Source: a virus (lineage: Duplodnaviria; Caudoviricetes). Taken from it: DNA of 27,214 nucleotides. The notes beneath the pieces are model-generated. The model had not been told where the DNA came from, searched no databases, and saw only the letters and a program-made list of their open reading frames with translations. The DNA lies in IMG/VR virus record IMGVR_UViG_3300025652_000424, positions 1 through 27,214 of that record. One strand, written 5' to 3'. Shown in pieces: positions 16,901 through 25,078 of this stretch (position 1 is its first letter; each line of letters opens with the position of its first letter). Both the position numbers and the translations under genes were made by a program.

Positions 16901-17792
16901 TACACTTCGGTTCCTTTCCGTCCCAGTCAAATTCAAAAACAAATTTATAGACAAAATGAGGGACACCGTAATCGCTAAACTCCCCCCAGTTTTTCCATAG
17001 TCTTATGCACTCTTCTGGTGCTTGTTTAAGGGCTGTCCATAGAGAAATATCTTTCATAGAAACGTCAAGTTTGCTTTTTAAAATCTTCCATTCTTCAGCT
17101 TCCTTTCCTGTGAAATCATGTTCTACAGGGAAACTTAACCCGTGAATAAACGCGCTTTTGCTTCTGCTTTTAATACCTTTGTAGTGATTCCACGGGAGGG
17201 GCTGGTAAACCGATTGACCTTCATTTCTAAAAGCATAGTGAGTAGCTCTGTAATCTATTGAGAATTCCTTAGTCTTTCTGATTAGCTTAGGTTGAACAAA
17301 GTTTTCCTGAGGATACAGTAAGTGCCTCCAGTTATTTTTCACCGTGTGAAAAGCAGAGTCACCCACAAGGTCACCTTGTTCGTTAAACCAATGCCCTCTG
17401 CAGGGTAACATGTAACTTGAGATGCCTAGTGAATTAGCGTCATTGATAATCCTCTCAAGATTATCGAGCAATGGTTTTGAGGGACATTCATCGCTATCGC
17501 ATTGCATGACCCATTCTTCGCTAGGAATAGTATCAAGTCCTACATCATTGCAGATAGGGAGCACACAATCTAACTCCCTCTTCATGTAGTTTACAGAGTG
17601 TTCACGGGCGACATCCTCCGTAGAGTCAGTGCTTCCTGTGTCTATTAGTATAATACTGTCAAAATAGTTTTTGCACCTTTCAAATAAAGTGTCTAAAAGT
17701 TCTGAACGATTGTCTGCTCCTGTGGTGATTAACAGATGTTTTTTACTGCAGTCCCCAGAAGGCTGAATATCTGGTTTAAATATGGAACCCAT
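16875..17792 (-). CDS. GT-A fold glycosyltransferase (GT2-like)
   Basis: IILIDTGSTDSTEDVA and WVMQCDSDE (DxD) motifs, similar to WaaE-like LPS glycosyltransferases. Confidence 0.85.
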   Translation of the reverse strand: MGSIFKPDIQPSGDCSKKHLLITTGADNRSELLDTLFERCKNYFDSIILIDTGSTDSTEDVAREHSVNYMKRELDCVLPICNDVGLDTIPSEEWVMQCDSDECPSKPLLDNLERIINDANSLGISSYMLPCRGHWFNEQGDLVGDSAFHTVKNNWRHLLYPQENFVQPKLIRKTKEFSIDYRATHYAFRNEGQSVYQPLPWNHYKGIKSRSKSAFIHGLSFPVEHDFTGKEAEEWKILKSKLDVSMKDISLWTALKQAPEECIRLWKNWGEFSDYGVPHFVYKFVFEFDWDGKEPKCNETCCDYS

Positions 17793-18642
17793 AAGCTTCT
17801 TTTAAATGGTTAAGCGAGTTTTTAAAAAAATCATTGTCAGGTGGTGTATAAGAAACTGAAGACTGATGGAAAGGCATGTCAGCAAACCCCCGACTAGAAA
17901 AAAATTCCTTTGTCCCGTGAGCACCTATTTCTCCAATATATTTAGCACAATTGGCAACCGTGCTGATAGGTATCTGTTTGTTTTTCAGCATGACATTATA
18001 AAGCAAAGAATCGTTAACGGATCCTTCAGTCTTCTTCCCCCCCAAACTTCTGACATGCTCGAGAACTTTCTCTATATCGGATTCTTTATGTTTGTGGAAA
18101 ACTTTTGACCACTCAGCCATATTATCCCTCCACATTGCCCATCGAGATTTCCAGATCCCTACGCCCCACAAGTGGCCGCAAGTTGTCAGGCAGTCTAAGT
18201 AAGGGTCATGCTCTTCTTTATTTCTTTCAGAAAATGCAGAGACCATACCTACCCTGAAGTCATCCTTAAATTTGTAGAGCATTTTGTTAACAGTATCGAT
18301 GTAGTATTTACTTAAGACAAGGTCATCTTCGATGACTATAATCTCATCGTAATGCAGGAAGTCGAAGACCGTTGAAAGCATAGCAGCCCACTGAAGCCCG
18401 CACCCGGCATTGACTGAATTCTGGTATATCCTAGCGTTTGGAAATACCTCTAAAGCTATAGCTCTGCTCCTTTCGACTAACTTAGCATTCCCTGCAGAAG
18501 ACTCCCCCTTCTCAGTGTTAACGGCCCCATCTAAAAAGATTATAACGTCTTCATCTGTCACTTGAGGCTTCACGCTTAGACATGTTTGTATGAAGTAATC
18601 TGGTCTGTTATAGGCCATTAAGACTATCGCTTTCTTGAGCAT
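17776..18642 (-). CDS. GT-A fold glycosyltransferase (GT2/GnT-I-like)
   Basis: IVLMAYNRPDY, IIFLDG, NAGCG, IIVIEDDL and LWGVGIWKSRW motifs. Confidence 0.85.
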   Translation of the reverse strand: MLKKAIVLMAYNRPDYFIQTCLSVKPQVTDEDVIIFLDGAVNTEKGESSAGNAKLVERSRAIALEVFPNARIYQNSVNAGCGLQWAAMLSTVFDFLHYDEIIVIEDDLVLSKYYIDTVNKMLYKFKDDFRVGMVSAFSERNKEEHDPYLDCLTTCGHLWGVGIWKSRWAMWRDNMAEWSKVFHKHKESDIEKVLEHVRSLGGKKTEGSVNDSLLYNVMLKNKQIPISTVANCAKYIGEIGAHGTKEFFSSRGFADMPFHQSSVSYTPPDNDFFKNSLNHLKEAYGFHI

Positions 18643-18648
18643 TTATTC

Positions 18649-18677
18649 ACGTTAGGTATCACGATTCATCTGGTCAA
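18649..18677 (-). promoter_or_regulatory. Putative sigma70-type promoter for the glycosyltransferase cassette (likely leaderless mRNA)
   Basis: Minus strand reads TTGACC (18677-18672), 17 nt, TAACGT (18654-18649), 6 nt, ATG (18642). Confidence 0.55.
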
Positions 18678-18689
18678 TGTAAAAAATAC

Positions 18690-18717
18690 TTGTCAAGCCA
18701 AAGACGTTTGTTACGTT
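18690..18717 (+). promoter_or_regulatory. Putative rightward early promoter
   Basis: TTGTCA (18690-18695), 16 nt, TACGTT (18712-18717) preceded by TGn (extended -10); A-tract upstream at 18681-18686. Confidence 0.45.
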
Positions 18718-18724
18718 GTTCACC

Positions 18725-19246
18725 GTGAAGCACGGAGTTGAAAGAATTAAAGAGGTGACAGGCCACGGTAATTTGCTTGAGAGCACTCTCACCCGCAAGC
18801 TGTGTCACTACGTGCTACGGCAGGTCACTGGCAAAAGCTTCACTGATGTTGGACAGGCCACCGGCAACGGTTATCACATAGCACGAGGAGACTGGCTGGC
18901 GATTGCGAGCTACCGCAATCAGAAGATCTGGGACTGGATACAGGCTGTTGAAGAATACGCCATTGGTTTCACTTCAAGGCCCTGCACTGTCACAGAGCTG
19001 CCTGCAAGAACCTGTCCACCAGACCTACCTTATGTCATGACGGACTGGCTGCCAGACAATGACGAGTTATTCAACTCTGAGTTTGGCAGGGTTACCAACC
19101 GAGAGTGGGTAATCTTCGAGGCAGATAGAATGCAAGAAGCAACAGGGCTCCCGCACAGGGCCTGCATGTCAATGGGGAATGTTGCTATAGCACAGAACAA
19201 CAAGGCAGACACTCAATCACAGGGTGCATATTCAATCGATCAATGA
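18725..19246 (+). CDS. Hypothetical protein with an N-terminal DnaA domain IV-like helix-turn-helix
   Basis: TRKLCHYVLRQVTGKSFTDVGQATG resembles the DnaA C-terminal consensus (R.IAMYL.R..T..S...IG..FG). Start is uncertain (TTG 18716 or GTG 18725). Confidence 0.5.
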   Translation: MKHGVERIKEVTGHGNLLESTLTRKLCHYVLRQVTGKSFTDVGQATGNGYHIARGDWLAIASYRNQKIWDWIQAVEEYAIGFTSRPCTVTELPARTCPPDLPYVMTDWLPDNDELFNSEFGRVTNREWVIFEADRMQEATGLPHRACMSMGNVAIAQNNKADTQSQGAYSIDQ

Positions 19247-19611
19247 ACAGTAAAGATAAAGGCAAGCGAGGAGAAAGAATGTGGGTCAAGGTCCTGCAGT
19301 TCTTCGGCTACACAGCGAAGCGCACAGGCTTCCACCAGAGTCAGCAGGGCCACGATGCACCGGATGTAACTTGCCACGATTTGCCTGTTCACTGGGAAGT
19401 AAAGAACACCGAGAAAGCACTACTCAGGGATTGGTTAGCCCAGTCAGAGGGAGACGCAAAGGACTACGAGATTCCTTGCGTAGTCTGGAAGAAAAACCAC
19501 GGTAAGTGGATAGCAATTTTACAGGCCGAACACTTGTTAACAATTTTTCAGTGCTGCGATATAAAGGCACTGGAGGAACAGATACAACAAACAAACAATA
19601 AAAGTATATGA
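19243..19611 (+). CDS. Holliday junction resolvase-like PD-(D/E)xK endonuclease (Hjc-type)
   Basis: MNSKDKGKRGER, PDV, HWEVKN and WLAQS...PCVVWKKN motifs. Confidence 0.8.
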   Translation: MNSKDKGKRGERMWVKVLQFFGYTAKRTGFHQSQQGHDAPDVTCHDLPVHWEVKNTEKALLRDWLAQSEGDAKDYEIPCVVWKKNHGKWIAILQAEHLLTIFQCCDIKALEEQIQQTNNKSI

Positions 19612-20204
19612 AGCTAGAATACAATACTGGAAGAAGAGAACGAAAAATGGTCCCCGAAGGTAGTCAGGTTGCGAGGCTCTACGGAATAGTAGACTTAGGA
19701 ACACAGGACACTTTCTATGGCCCGAAAAAGCAGGTTGCTCTTATGTATGAGCTACCTGATGAGACACACGTATTCCGAGAGGAAGACGGACCACAGCCTA
19801 TGGGCAGATGCAAAATAGAGACAGCTTCTCTTAACGAGAAATCAAATCTACTAAAGCAGCTCAAGGCGCTCAACGGAAAAGCATTCACAGACAAGGAACT
19901 GGCCGCTGGTATTACTTTAGAAGACCAGCTAGGCAAGCCCTGCCTTGTGAGCGTTGTCCATCGCAAAGGTAAAGACGGTCAGATGTATGACAACATAGAT
20001 TCGGTCACAGCTTTGCCCAAAGGCATGACAGCTAAGGAGCTTACCAACGAGCCTTATTGTTACGAAATCGGCGACACCAATGGTGGATGGGACCGAGTCC
20101 CTGAGTGGATGAAGAATAAGATTAAGGAGAGCCCTGAATACATACATATCTTTGGAGAGCAAGATGAAGCTATCGAATCAGAAGCAACTACTTCCCCCTT
20201 CTAA
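19608..20204 (+). CDS. Probable single-stranded DNA-binding protein (phage replication protein)
   Basis: ARLYGIVDLGTQ, SLNEKSNL, LGKPCLVSV and PEWMKNKIKES; the acidic C-terminal tail ends in PF, as in SSB interaction tails. Confidence 0.65.
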   Translation: MKLEYNTGRRERKMVPEGSQVARLYGIVDLGTQDTFYGPKKQVALMYELPDETHVFREEDGPQPMGRCKIETASLNEKSNLLKQLKALNGKAFTDKELAAGITLEDQLGKPCLVSVVHRKGKDGQMYDNIDSVTALPKGMTAKELTNEPYCYEIGDTNGGWDRVPEWMKNKIKESPEYIHIFGEQDEAIESEATTSPF

Positions 20205-21003
20205 GTTTGAGACGGGTTGTTACTACAATCTAGCGGAGTCAGTCTACCGGGCTGACCCCGCCCTCTCTACTTCTGATCTGAAGCTCATTGAAAATCCGTA
20301 TGAGTTCCATCAGAAAATCAAGGGAAACGCACCTGCTATTGACTCGCCAGCAATGCGGTTTGGCAGGCTAGTCCACAGCCTGATTCTTGAGCCTGACGAG
20401 TTCGACAACATCTACTCTGTGTGTCCTAAGGACCGTGAGAATCGGAGGCTGGTCAAGAACAGGGACTGGTGGGAAGAGCAAGAGCAGGCAGGCAAGGAGA
20501 TTGTCAAGCAAGTCGAGGTCGATGACGCGAAGGCTATGTCGAGACAGTTCTGGCGGCTCCCTATAGTCAGAGATCTAAAGGAGTATAAGACAGAGCTGTC
20601 TGTGTTTGCAAAAAACTATCGAGGCATCTGCGATGTCAAGTGCCGCATAGACATGAAGTCAGGTCCTATAGTCATTGACTTGAAGACCACGGCTCCCGGT
20701 GGAGCTCATCCTCGCAAGTTTGTCTACAAGGCGAGAGATCTGAAGTATCTGTGGCAGCAGGTCAATTACACTGACATGTGCAAGGCTGCAGGCGTAGAGA
20801 TCGAGAAGTGGTATTGGGCTGTGGTAGAGACTAAGTGGCCTTACAAGAGCAGCCTGATCGAGTTCACTCCGCGTGACCTTGACACTGTCAGGAAGGAGCT
20901 TGATGAGGCCTATGACACGCTTAAGAACGGTATCAAGCACAATTCGTGGCCTGACTACACACCTGACGAGCCCGTGACTGTCAGCATGTATGGAGTCATG
21001 TAA
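20164..21003 (+). CDS. RecE/exonuclease VIII-like PD-(D/E)xK exonuclease (DUF3799-like)
   Basis: LSTSDLK, AMRFGRLVHSLILEP, ELSVF, KCRID, DLKTT, YxxQxxY and AVVETKWPY motifs; likely start ATG 20164. Confidence 0.85.
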   Translation: MKLSNQKQLLPPSKFETGCYYNLAESVYRADPALSTSDLKLIENPYEFHQKIKGNAPAIDSPAMRFGRLVHSLILEPDEFDNIYSVCPKDRENRRLVKNRDWWEEQEQAGKEIVKQVEVDDAKAMSRQFWRLPIVRDLKEYKTELSVFAKNYRGICDVKCRIDMKSGPIVIDLKTTAPGGAHPRKFVYKARDLKYLWQQVNYTDMCKAAGVEIEKWYWAVVETKWPYKSSLIEFTPRDLDTVRKELDEAYDTLKNGIKHNSWPDYTPDEPVTVSMYGVM

Positions 21004-21296
21004 TGCCAAAGCTGCCGAGAGATAAATACCACACTCTCCCGCAGCTAATGCAGGAGGCAATTGAACAATTCACTGCCAAAAAAGTTCATTGGCCAGAAGA
21101 CTTTCAATTGCCTCCTCTCATCTCTTGGGGAGAGCCCTATGTGGATGATCGCCCTGACTATTTAAAATATGTGAATGGAATGCTCGACAACGGGAGGATC
21201 ACCAAATTAAATGCTCGATCATTCATTCAAGGGCTCAGGACCTGTGGCCCTGAAGGCGAGAAATTAACCAATACAATTAAGAAAATAACCAAATGA
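21003..21296 (+). CDS. Hypothetical protein
   Basis: 97-aa ORF coupled by TAATG upstream and ATGA downstream. Confidence 0.65.
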   Translation: MPKLPRDKYHTLPQLMQEAIEQFTAKKVHWPEDFQLPPLISWGEPYVDDRPDYLKYVNGMLDNGRITKLNARSFIQGLRTCGPEGEKLTNTIKKITK

Positions 21297-21778
21297 GACA
21301 GAAACCTTTTATACCGGAATGGCTATTCCAACAGAACTTTAATCCACACCAACTATCTGTATACTCATACGTCCTTATGAGAGGCTCTTGTTTTGAAGAC
21401 AAGCGCAATATCTCGAAGGCACTTCATATGAGTAAGAATACATTTTTCAAGACCCAGAAGCAGCTCCTTGAAGGAGGCTGGATCGAGGCAGAAACCGAAG
21501 GCAAGAAGACCTGCCTGAAGGCAACGTGTCTCAAAACAGGGACACGTATGAGTCCCAAATCAGGGACACGTAATGAAAATACGTGTATCAAATCAGGGAC
21601 ACGTTCAGGAAAAAACAGGCCCGAAACGATCAAAAAACAGACTACGTGTCCCAAATCAGGGACAGTAACTAACAGTACTACTATAGAAGAAAAAATTTCT
21701 GATTCAGGAAGACACGCAGCCTTCGTTGCTTCTTACCTCGTTGGGCAGAGTCTGAGAGGAGGCCGCAATGAAGACTGA
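21293..21778 (+). CDS. Phage replication initiator (winged HTH, lambda O/P22 gp18-like position) containing the origin iterons
   Basis: N-terminal wHTH (LSVYSYVL...KRNISKALHMSKNTFFKTQKQLLEGGWIE); internal xxKSGT peptide repeats encoded by DNA iterons; directly upstream of DnaB. Confidence 0.75.
   Translation: MRQKPFIPEWLFQQNFNPHQLSVYSYVLMRGSCFEDKRNISKALHMSKNTFFKTQKQLLEGGWIEAETEGKKTCLKATCLKTGTRMSPKSGTRNENTCIKSGTRSGKNRPETIKKQTTCPKSGTVTNSTTIEEKISDSGRHAAFVASYLVGQSLRGGRNED
21524..21667. repeat. Four 24-bp dyad-symmetric iterons; putative replication origin
   Basis: Copies at 21524-21547, 21548-21571, 21581-21604 and 21644-21667; consensus ACGTGTCCC-AAATCA-GGGACACGT; A-rich tract downstream at about 21682-21700. 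Confidence 0.85.
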
Positions 21779-23054
21779 TTGGAAGATACCTCACAGCTTG
21801 CAGTATGAGAATGCAGTCCTTGGTGCAGCTCTCGAGGGAGGCTTTGAGGAGGCAGTTGAGCTGGGAGTCCAGAGTGATCACTTTCACGGGGCTCTTCATA
21901 AGAAAGTTTGGGACGCCGCTGTAAAGCTCTCCGAGCAGAACAACGAGGTCAACTACCTGACAGTCCGAGACCAGTCAGAGGGAGCAGGTATGCTGCTCAA
22001 TAATCTGTGCTCTGAGGGTTACCCCAGCTCGATGCTGTCTTACTACTATCCGAAGCTTGAGGAGGTCAGAGTCAAGAGGTCTGTGTTCGAGCGATACTGG
22101 AATGCTCTCGAGAACTTCAAGGAGGACATACCGTCAAAGGAACTTCTCAACCGCCTAGAGAGCGACTTCTACGAGGTCACAAAGAGCTCCGCTGGAGTCA
22201 GGGACCAGAAGACAGGCTGGAGAAGCCTCGTAGAGGTGCTTGAGGAGGCCTCTAAGGGTGGTTTACCCAGCAACGGGTGTAAGACTGGCATAGGAGCCAT
22301 AGACGCAATCCTGAGGGGATTTAAACCCGGTTCTATGAACACCATCGCAGCGAGGCCCGGTTGTGGTAAGTCAGCCCTAGCTGTGCAGCTCATGCTCGAG
22401 GCCGCCCAGAGGGATGAGCACGTAGTGTATTTCACCTATGAGATGCCGTTCGCTCAGATCGGGGAGAGACTGCTGGGCAACCTCACAGGTGAGGACATAG
22501 GCTGGTATAAGGAGTCAGGGAAGGGAGACATCAGGAAGATTGCCACAGGGGCTTCCACTCTCACCAGACTGCCCATCACAATCGAGGATCAGCCCTCTAT
22601 CAACGTAAACAGGATCCGCTCTATGGCTAGGCGGCTGACTAAGCAGAAGAATGTCAAGCTGTTCATCGTTGATTACCTGCAGATCGTCCCCCCAGCCTAC
22701 CGCAATCAGAACAAGGTGGTTGAGGTGAGCGAGATCAGCAGGACACTGAAGATGGCAGCTATGGAGACAGGCGTCCCTTTCGTGACACTGTCACAGATGA
22801 ACAGGAGTATTGACATGTCAGACAGGGAGCCCTCCCTCTCAGACATACGCGAGTCAGGAGCAATCGAACAGGACTCAGACTCTGTCAGCTTCCTGCACCA
22901 GCCAGACAGGGATGATCAGACAAGGGTCAACTTCATAGTCAGGAAGAACAGGCACGGCAAGACAGGAAAGGCAGAGCTTGAGTGGACCCGCTGGAACGGT
23001 AGATTCAGGGGCATAGATAAATCACATGAAGAGGGGAATAAATCACCGATATGA
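21768..23054 (+). CDS. dnaB: Replicative DNA helicase, DnaB family
   Basis: PHS..YENAVLG, Walker A AARPGCGKS, YEMP, IVDYLQ, EISRTLK, LSQMNR, LSDIRESGAIEQDSD and KNRHG. Confidence 0.96.
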   Translation: MKTDWKIPHSLQYENAVLGAALEGGFEEAVELGVQSDHFHGALHKKVWDAAVKLSEQNNEVNYLTVRDQSEGAGMLLNNLCSEGYPSSMLSYYYPKLEEVRVKRSVFERYWNALENFKEDIPSKELLNRLESDFYEVTKSSAGVRDQKTGWRSLVEVLEEASKGGLPSNGCKTGIGAIDAILRGFKPGSMNTIAARPGCGKSALAVQLMLEAAQRDEHVVYFTYEMPFAQIGERLLGNLTGEDIGWYKESGKGDIRKIATGASTLTRLPITIEDQPSINVNRIRSMARRLTKQKNVKLFIVDYLQIVPPAYRNQNKVVEVSEISRTLKMAAMETGVPFVTLSQMNRSIDMSDREPSLSDIRESGAIEQDSDSVSFLHQPDRDDQTRVNFIVRKNRHGKTGKAELEWTRWNGRFRGIDKSHEEGNKSPI

Positions 23055-23218
23055 TAATCAATATAATGTATAGTTCAGCCTGCTCCGAGGCTACAGCATC
23101 ACTGGAGATGCAGATCAAGGACAACGCTGACTTAGGAGCTCTGGTCAAGGCCCTCTCTGCAATAGCAGACGATGACGCGCACTTCGAGGACGGGAAGGAA
23201 GACAATGAATCAAACTAA
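23051..23218 (+). CDS. Small acidic hypothetical protein, 55 aa (MIINIMYSSACSEATASLEMQIKDNADLGALVKALSAIADDDAHFEDGKEDNESN); not in the ORF track
   Basis: ATGA overlap with the dnaB stop; TAA at 23216-23218 overlaps the start of the kinase gene; fills the gap. Confidence 0.6.
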   Translation: MIINIMYSSACSEATASLEMQIKDNADLGALVKALSAIADDDAHFEDGKEDNESN

Positions 23219-23732
23219 GCTAGTCATAGGCTTCAGTGGTAAGAAGAGGTCAGGCAAGACAGAGGCCTCAAAGGCTATTCTAAGAGCGTTTCCCTCGAGG
23301 GCTGTAAGAATCAGCCTAGCAGACCCCATAAAGGATGCTGTAGCCCTCATAGCGCAGCCTGTGACCTCTCACAACAAGTCGATACTGCGGCCAGTCCTGC
23401 AGACATACGGAGAGGCTATGAAGCAGCTCTACGGGTTTGACCATTGGGTCAAGAAAGCCACGGCCAGATGGGGTATGCTTCAGAAGAATCATGATATAAT
23501 GATATGTGATGACATCCGCTTCCCGTTCGAGGTCGAATGGATCCACAGTCTAGGCGGCAGAGTCATCATGATACGCAGGGCCTCCGAGTCATCAGACGAT
23601 ACTCACGTATCTGAGACCAGCATCGATGACATCAAGCCCGACTATATCATAGACAATGACTGCTCCAGTATGGAGCTCTCAGAGAGCGTCATGTCTGCAT
23701 TCAAGGATTATGAGGCCAGTATACGAGTCTGA
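23205..23732 (+). CDS. Deoxynucleoside monophosphate kinase (phage dNMP kinase)
   Basis: IGFSGKKRSGKT P-loop, SLADPIKD, RPVLQTYGE, DDIRFPFE and HVSE; likely start ATG 23205. Confidence 0.9.
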   Translation: MNQTKLVIGFSGKKRSGKTEASKAILRAFPSRAVRISLADPIKDAVALIAQPVTSHNKSILRPVLQTYGEAMKQLYGFDHWVKKATARWGMLQKNHDIMICDDIRFPFEVEWIHSLGGRVIMIRRASESSDDTHVSETSIDDIKPDYIIDNDCSSMELSESVMSAFKDYEASIRV

Positions 23733-24147
23733 CGCAGACAGGGACAGGCAGACGCTTGTCAAGGTGAAGGTAGAGAGGATCCTCAAGCAGGTCCTCATGC
23801 CTCTACCACCCAGACACCACTTCGACTATGCCGCAACTACCGCAGGCGCAGTCACAGAGCTCATAGAGGTCAAGTGCAGGAACATACCACACCAGCAGCA
23901 TGACACCTTCATGCTCTGCACCTCCAAATTCACTGCAGCAGGCTGGTATACCCTGATTAACCCAGACATCAAGGTAAGCCTCTGGGTGCAGTGGACAGAC
24001 GCCCTAGGCTCTCTGGACATGACTGTCCCCTACCCTGACTGGAGAATGGGAGGAAGGACAGACAGAGGAGATGATCAGGATATAGGCCTAGTCACCCACA
24101 TACCCATCTCAGCATTTACGCTGTATGATTGCGTAAACCCAGAATAG
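23710..24147 (+). CDS. PD-(D/E)xK-family nuclease-like protein
   Basis: MRPVYE start at 23710; FDY...IEVKCRN, VQWTD and GGRTDRGDDQD motifs. Confidence 0.65.
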   Translation: MRPVYESDADRDRQTLVKVKVERILKQVLMPLPPRHHFDYAATTAGAVTELIEVKCRNIPHQQHDTFMLCTSKFTAAGWYTLINPDIKVSLWVQWTDALGSLDMTVPYPDWRMGGRTDRGDDQDIGLVTHIPISAFTLYDCVNPE

Positions 24148-24156
24148 ACATATACT
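24129..24156 (+). promoter_or_regulatory. Putative promoter upstream of the packaging genes
   Basis: TTGCGT (24129-24134), 16 nt, TATACT (24151-24156), about 33 nt upstream of ATG 24190. Confidence 0.4.
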
Positions 24157-24189
24157 CGGATGGGCGGCTGGCAGATTACAGAGTAAATT

Positions 24190-24672
24190 ATGGGAGTTAA
24201 GACTAAGTGGAACCCTGACCTAGAGGCAGCAGGTATAGCTCGCTACACGGGTAAAGGACTCAAGCGCGTAGACCCTGAGAGATACGAGAGTATCTTGAAG
24301 GCTGCAAAGAATGGTTTCGGCGTAGATACACTGATGGAAGTCTTCGGTGTGTCACGCGAACTTGGCCTGAAGATGATCGAGCAGGCTGACAGAGATCCCC
24401 AAGCTCAAGAGGCTTTCCTCGAGAAGCTTGTGAAGACAAGGGACCTAGCTCTGGAGAGACTCAGTAGTGCGCTGGAGAGTGGTGAGATGAAGGCTACGCA
24501 GTTGCCCGTCACTACTGGCATATTAATCGACAAAGTCGAACAGCTCCTCGGTAAACCCTCCACAACTATTAGACATGAGTCCGTAAATCTGTCAGGACCA
24601 GCACTGGAAGAGCTGATCAAACAGTGCAAGCCTAAGGAAATCATTGAAGCAGAGGTAGTTGAGAGTAAGTAG
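24190..24672 (+). CDS. Terminase small subunit-like protein
   Basis: N-terminal HTH (VDTLMEVFGVSRE), helical middle, GILIDK..LLGKPST motif and IIEAEV tail; upstream of TerL. Confidence 0.6.
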   Translation: MGVKTKWNPDLEAAGIARYTGKGLKRVDPERYESILKAAKNGFGVDTLMEVFGVSRELGLKMIEQADRDPQAQEAFLEKLVKTRDLALERLSSALESGEMKATQLPVTTGILIDKVEQLLGKPSTTIRHESVNLSGPALEELIKQCKPKEIIEAEVVESK

Positions 24673-24792
24673 GTATATTCTTTCTATTAAACATATCGTA
24701 TATTGTGCGAAGAAACAGCACAAGATGGGGGGAGGGGGTCAACGGTTTTGGTTTTTAGTAGCAATCGTTGCGGATCTCTCCTCACAAATTAA

Positions 24793-25077
24793 ATGAGCAA
24801 AACAGATACTCCACACAGACGCACCAGAGGCAAGAAGGCCCGCAGAAGGACTATGCTGGACACGGAGGACCTCCGCTGGAAGGCTGGCAAGGAGCCACGA
24901 GAAGCCACTGTCACAGGCCGCCCTATGAACCCTAGGCTACTGAGCACTGATCTCGGTCTTGTCAGGGTGACTGACAGCAGGCCGTTCCAGAAAGGGTTGA
25001 AGATACCTGTCTGGATAGAGCCAGACTCTGGTCACATGTTCTGCAAAGGCCGCCCTAAGCAACTGGATAGATACTAG
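24793..25077 (+). CDS. Hypothetical basic protein between TerS and TerL
   Basis: 94-aa ORF with an Arg/Lys-rich N-terminus; its stop is 1 nt before the TerL ATG. Confidence 0.6.
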   Translation: MSKTDTPHRRTRGKKARRRTMLDTEDLRWKAGKEPREATVTGRPMNPRLLSTDLGLVRVTDSRPFQKGLKIPVWIEPDSGHMFCKGRPKQLDRY

Positions 25078-25078
25078 C

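Noticed and set aside
18667-18696. Perfect minus-strand TTGACA (18696-18691) as the cassette promoter
   Set aside because: No acceptable -10 at 16-18 nt; the TTGACC/TAACGT pair fits better.
16295-19246. Lysogeny module (integrase, att site, CI/Cro)
   Set aside because: No recombinase or CI-like protein is recognisable; lifestyle cannot be determined from this window.
21524-21667. Repeat array as a possible CRISPR
   Set aside because: Gaps are 0, 9 and 39 bp, the repeats are in frame within a coding gene and there are no cas genes; iterons fit better.
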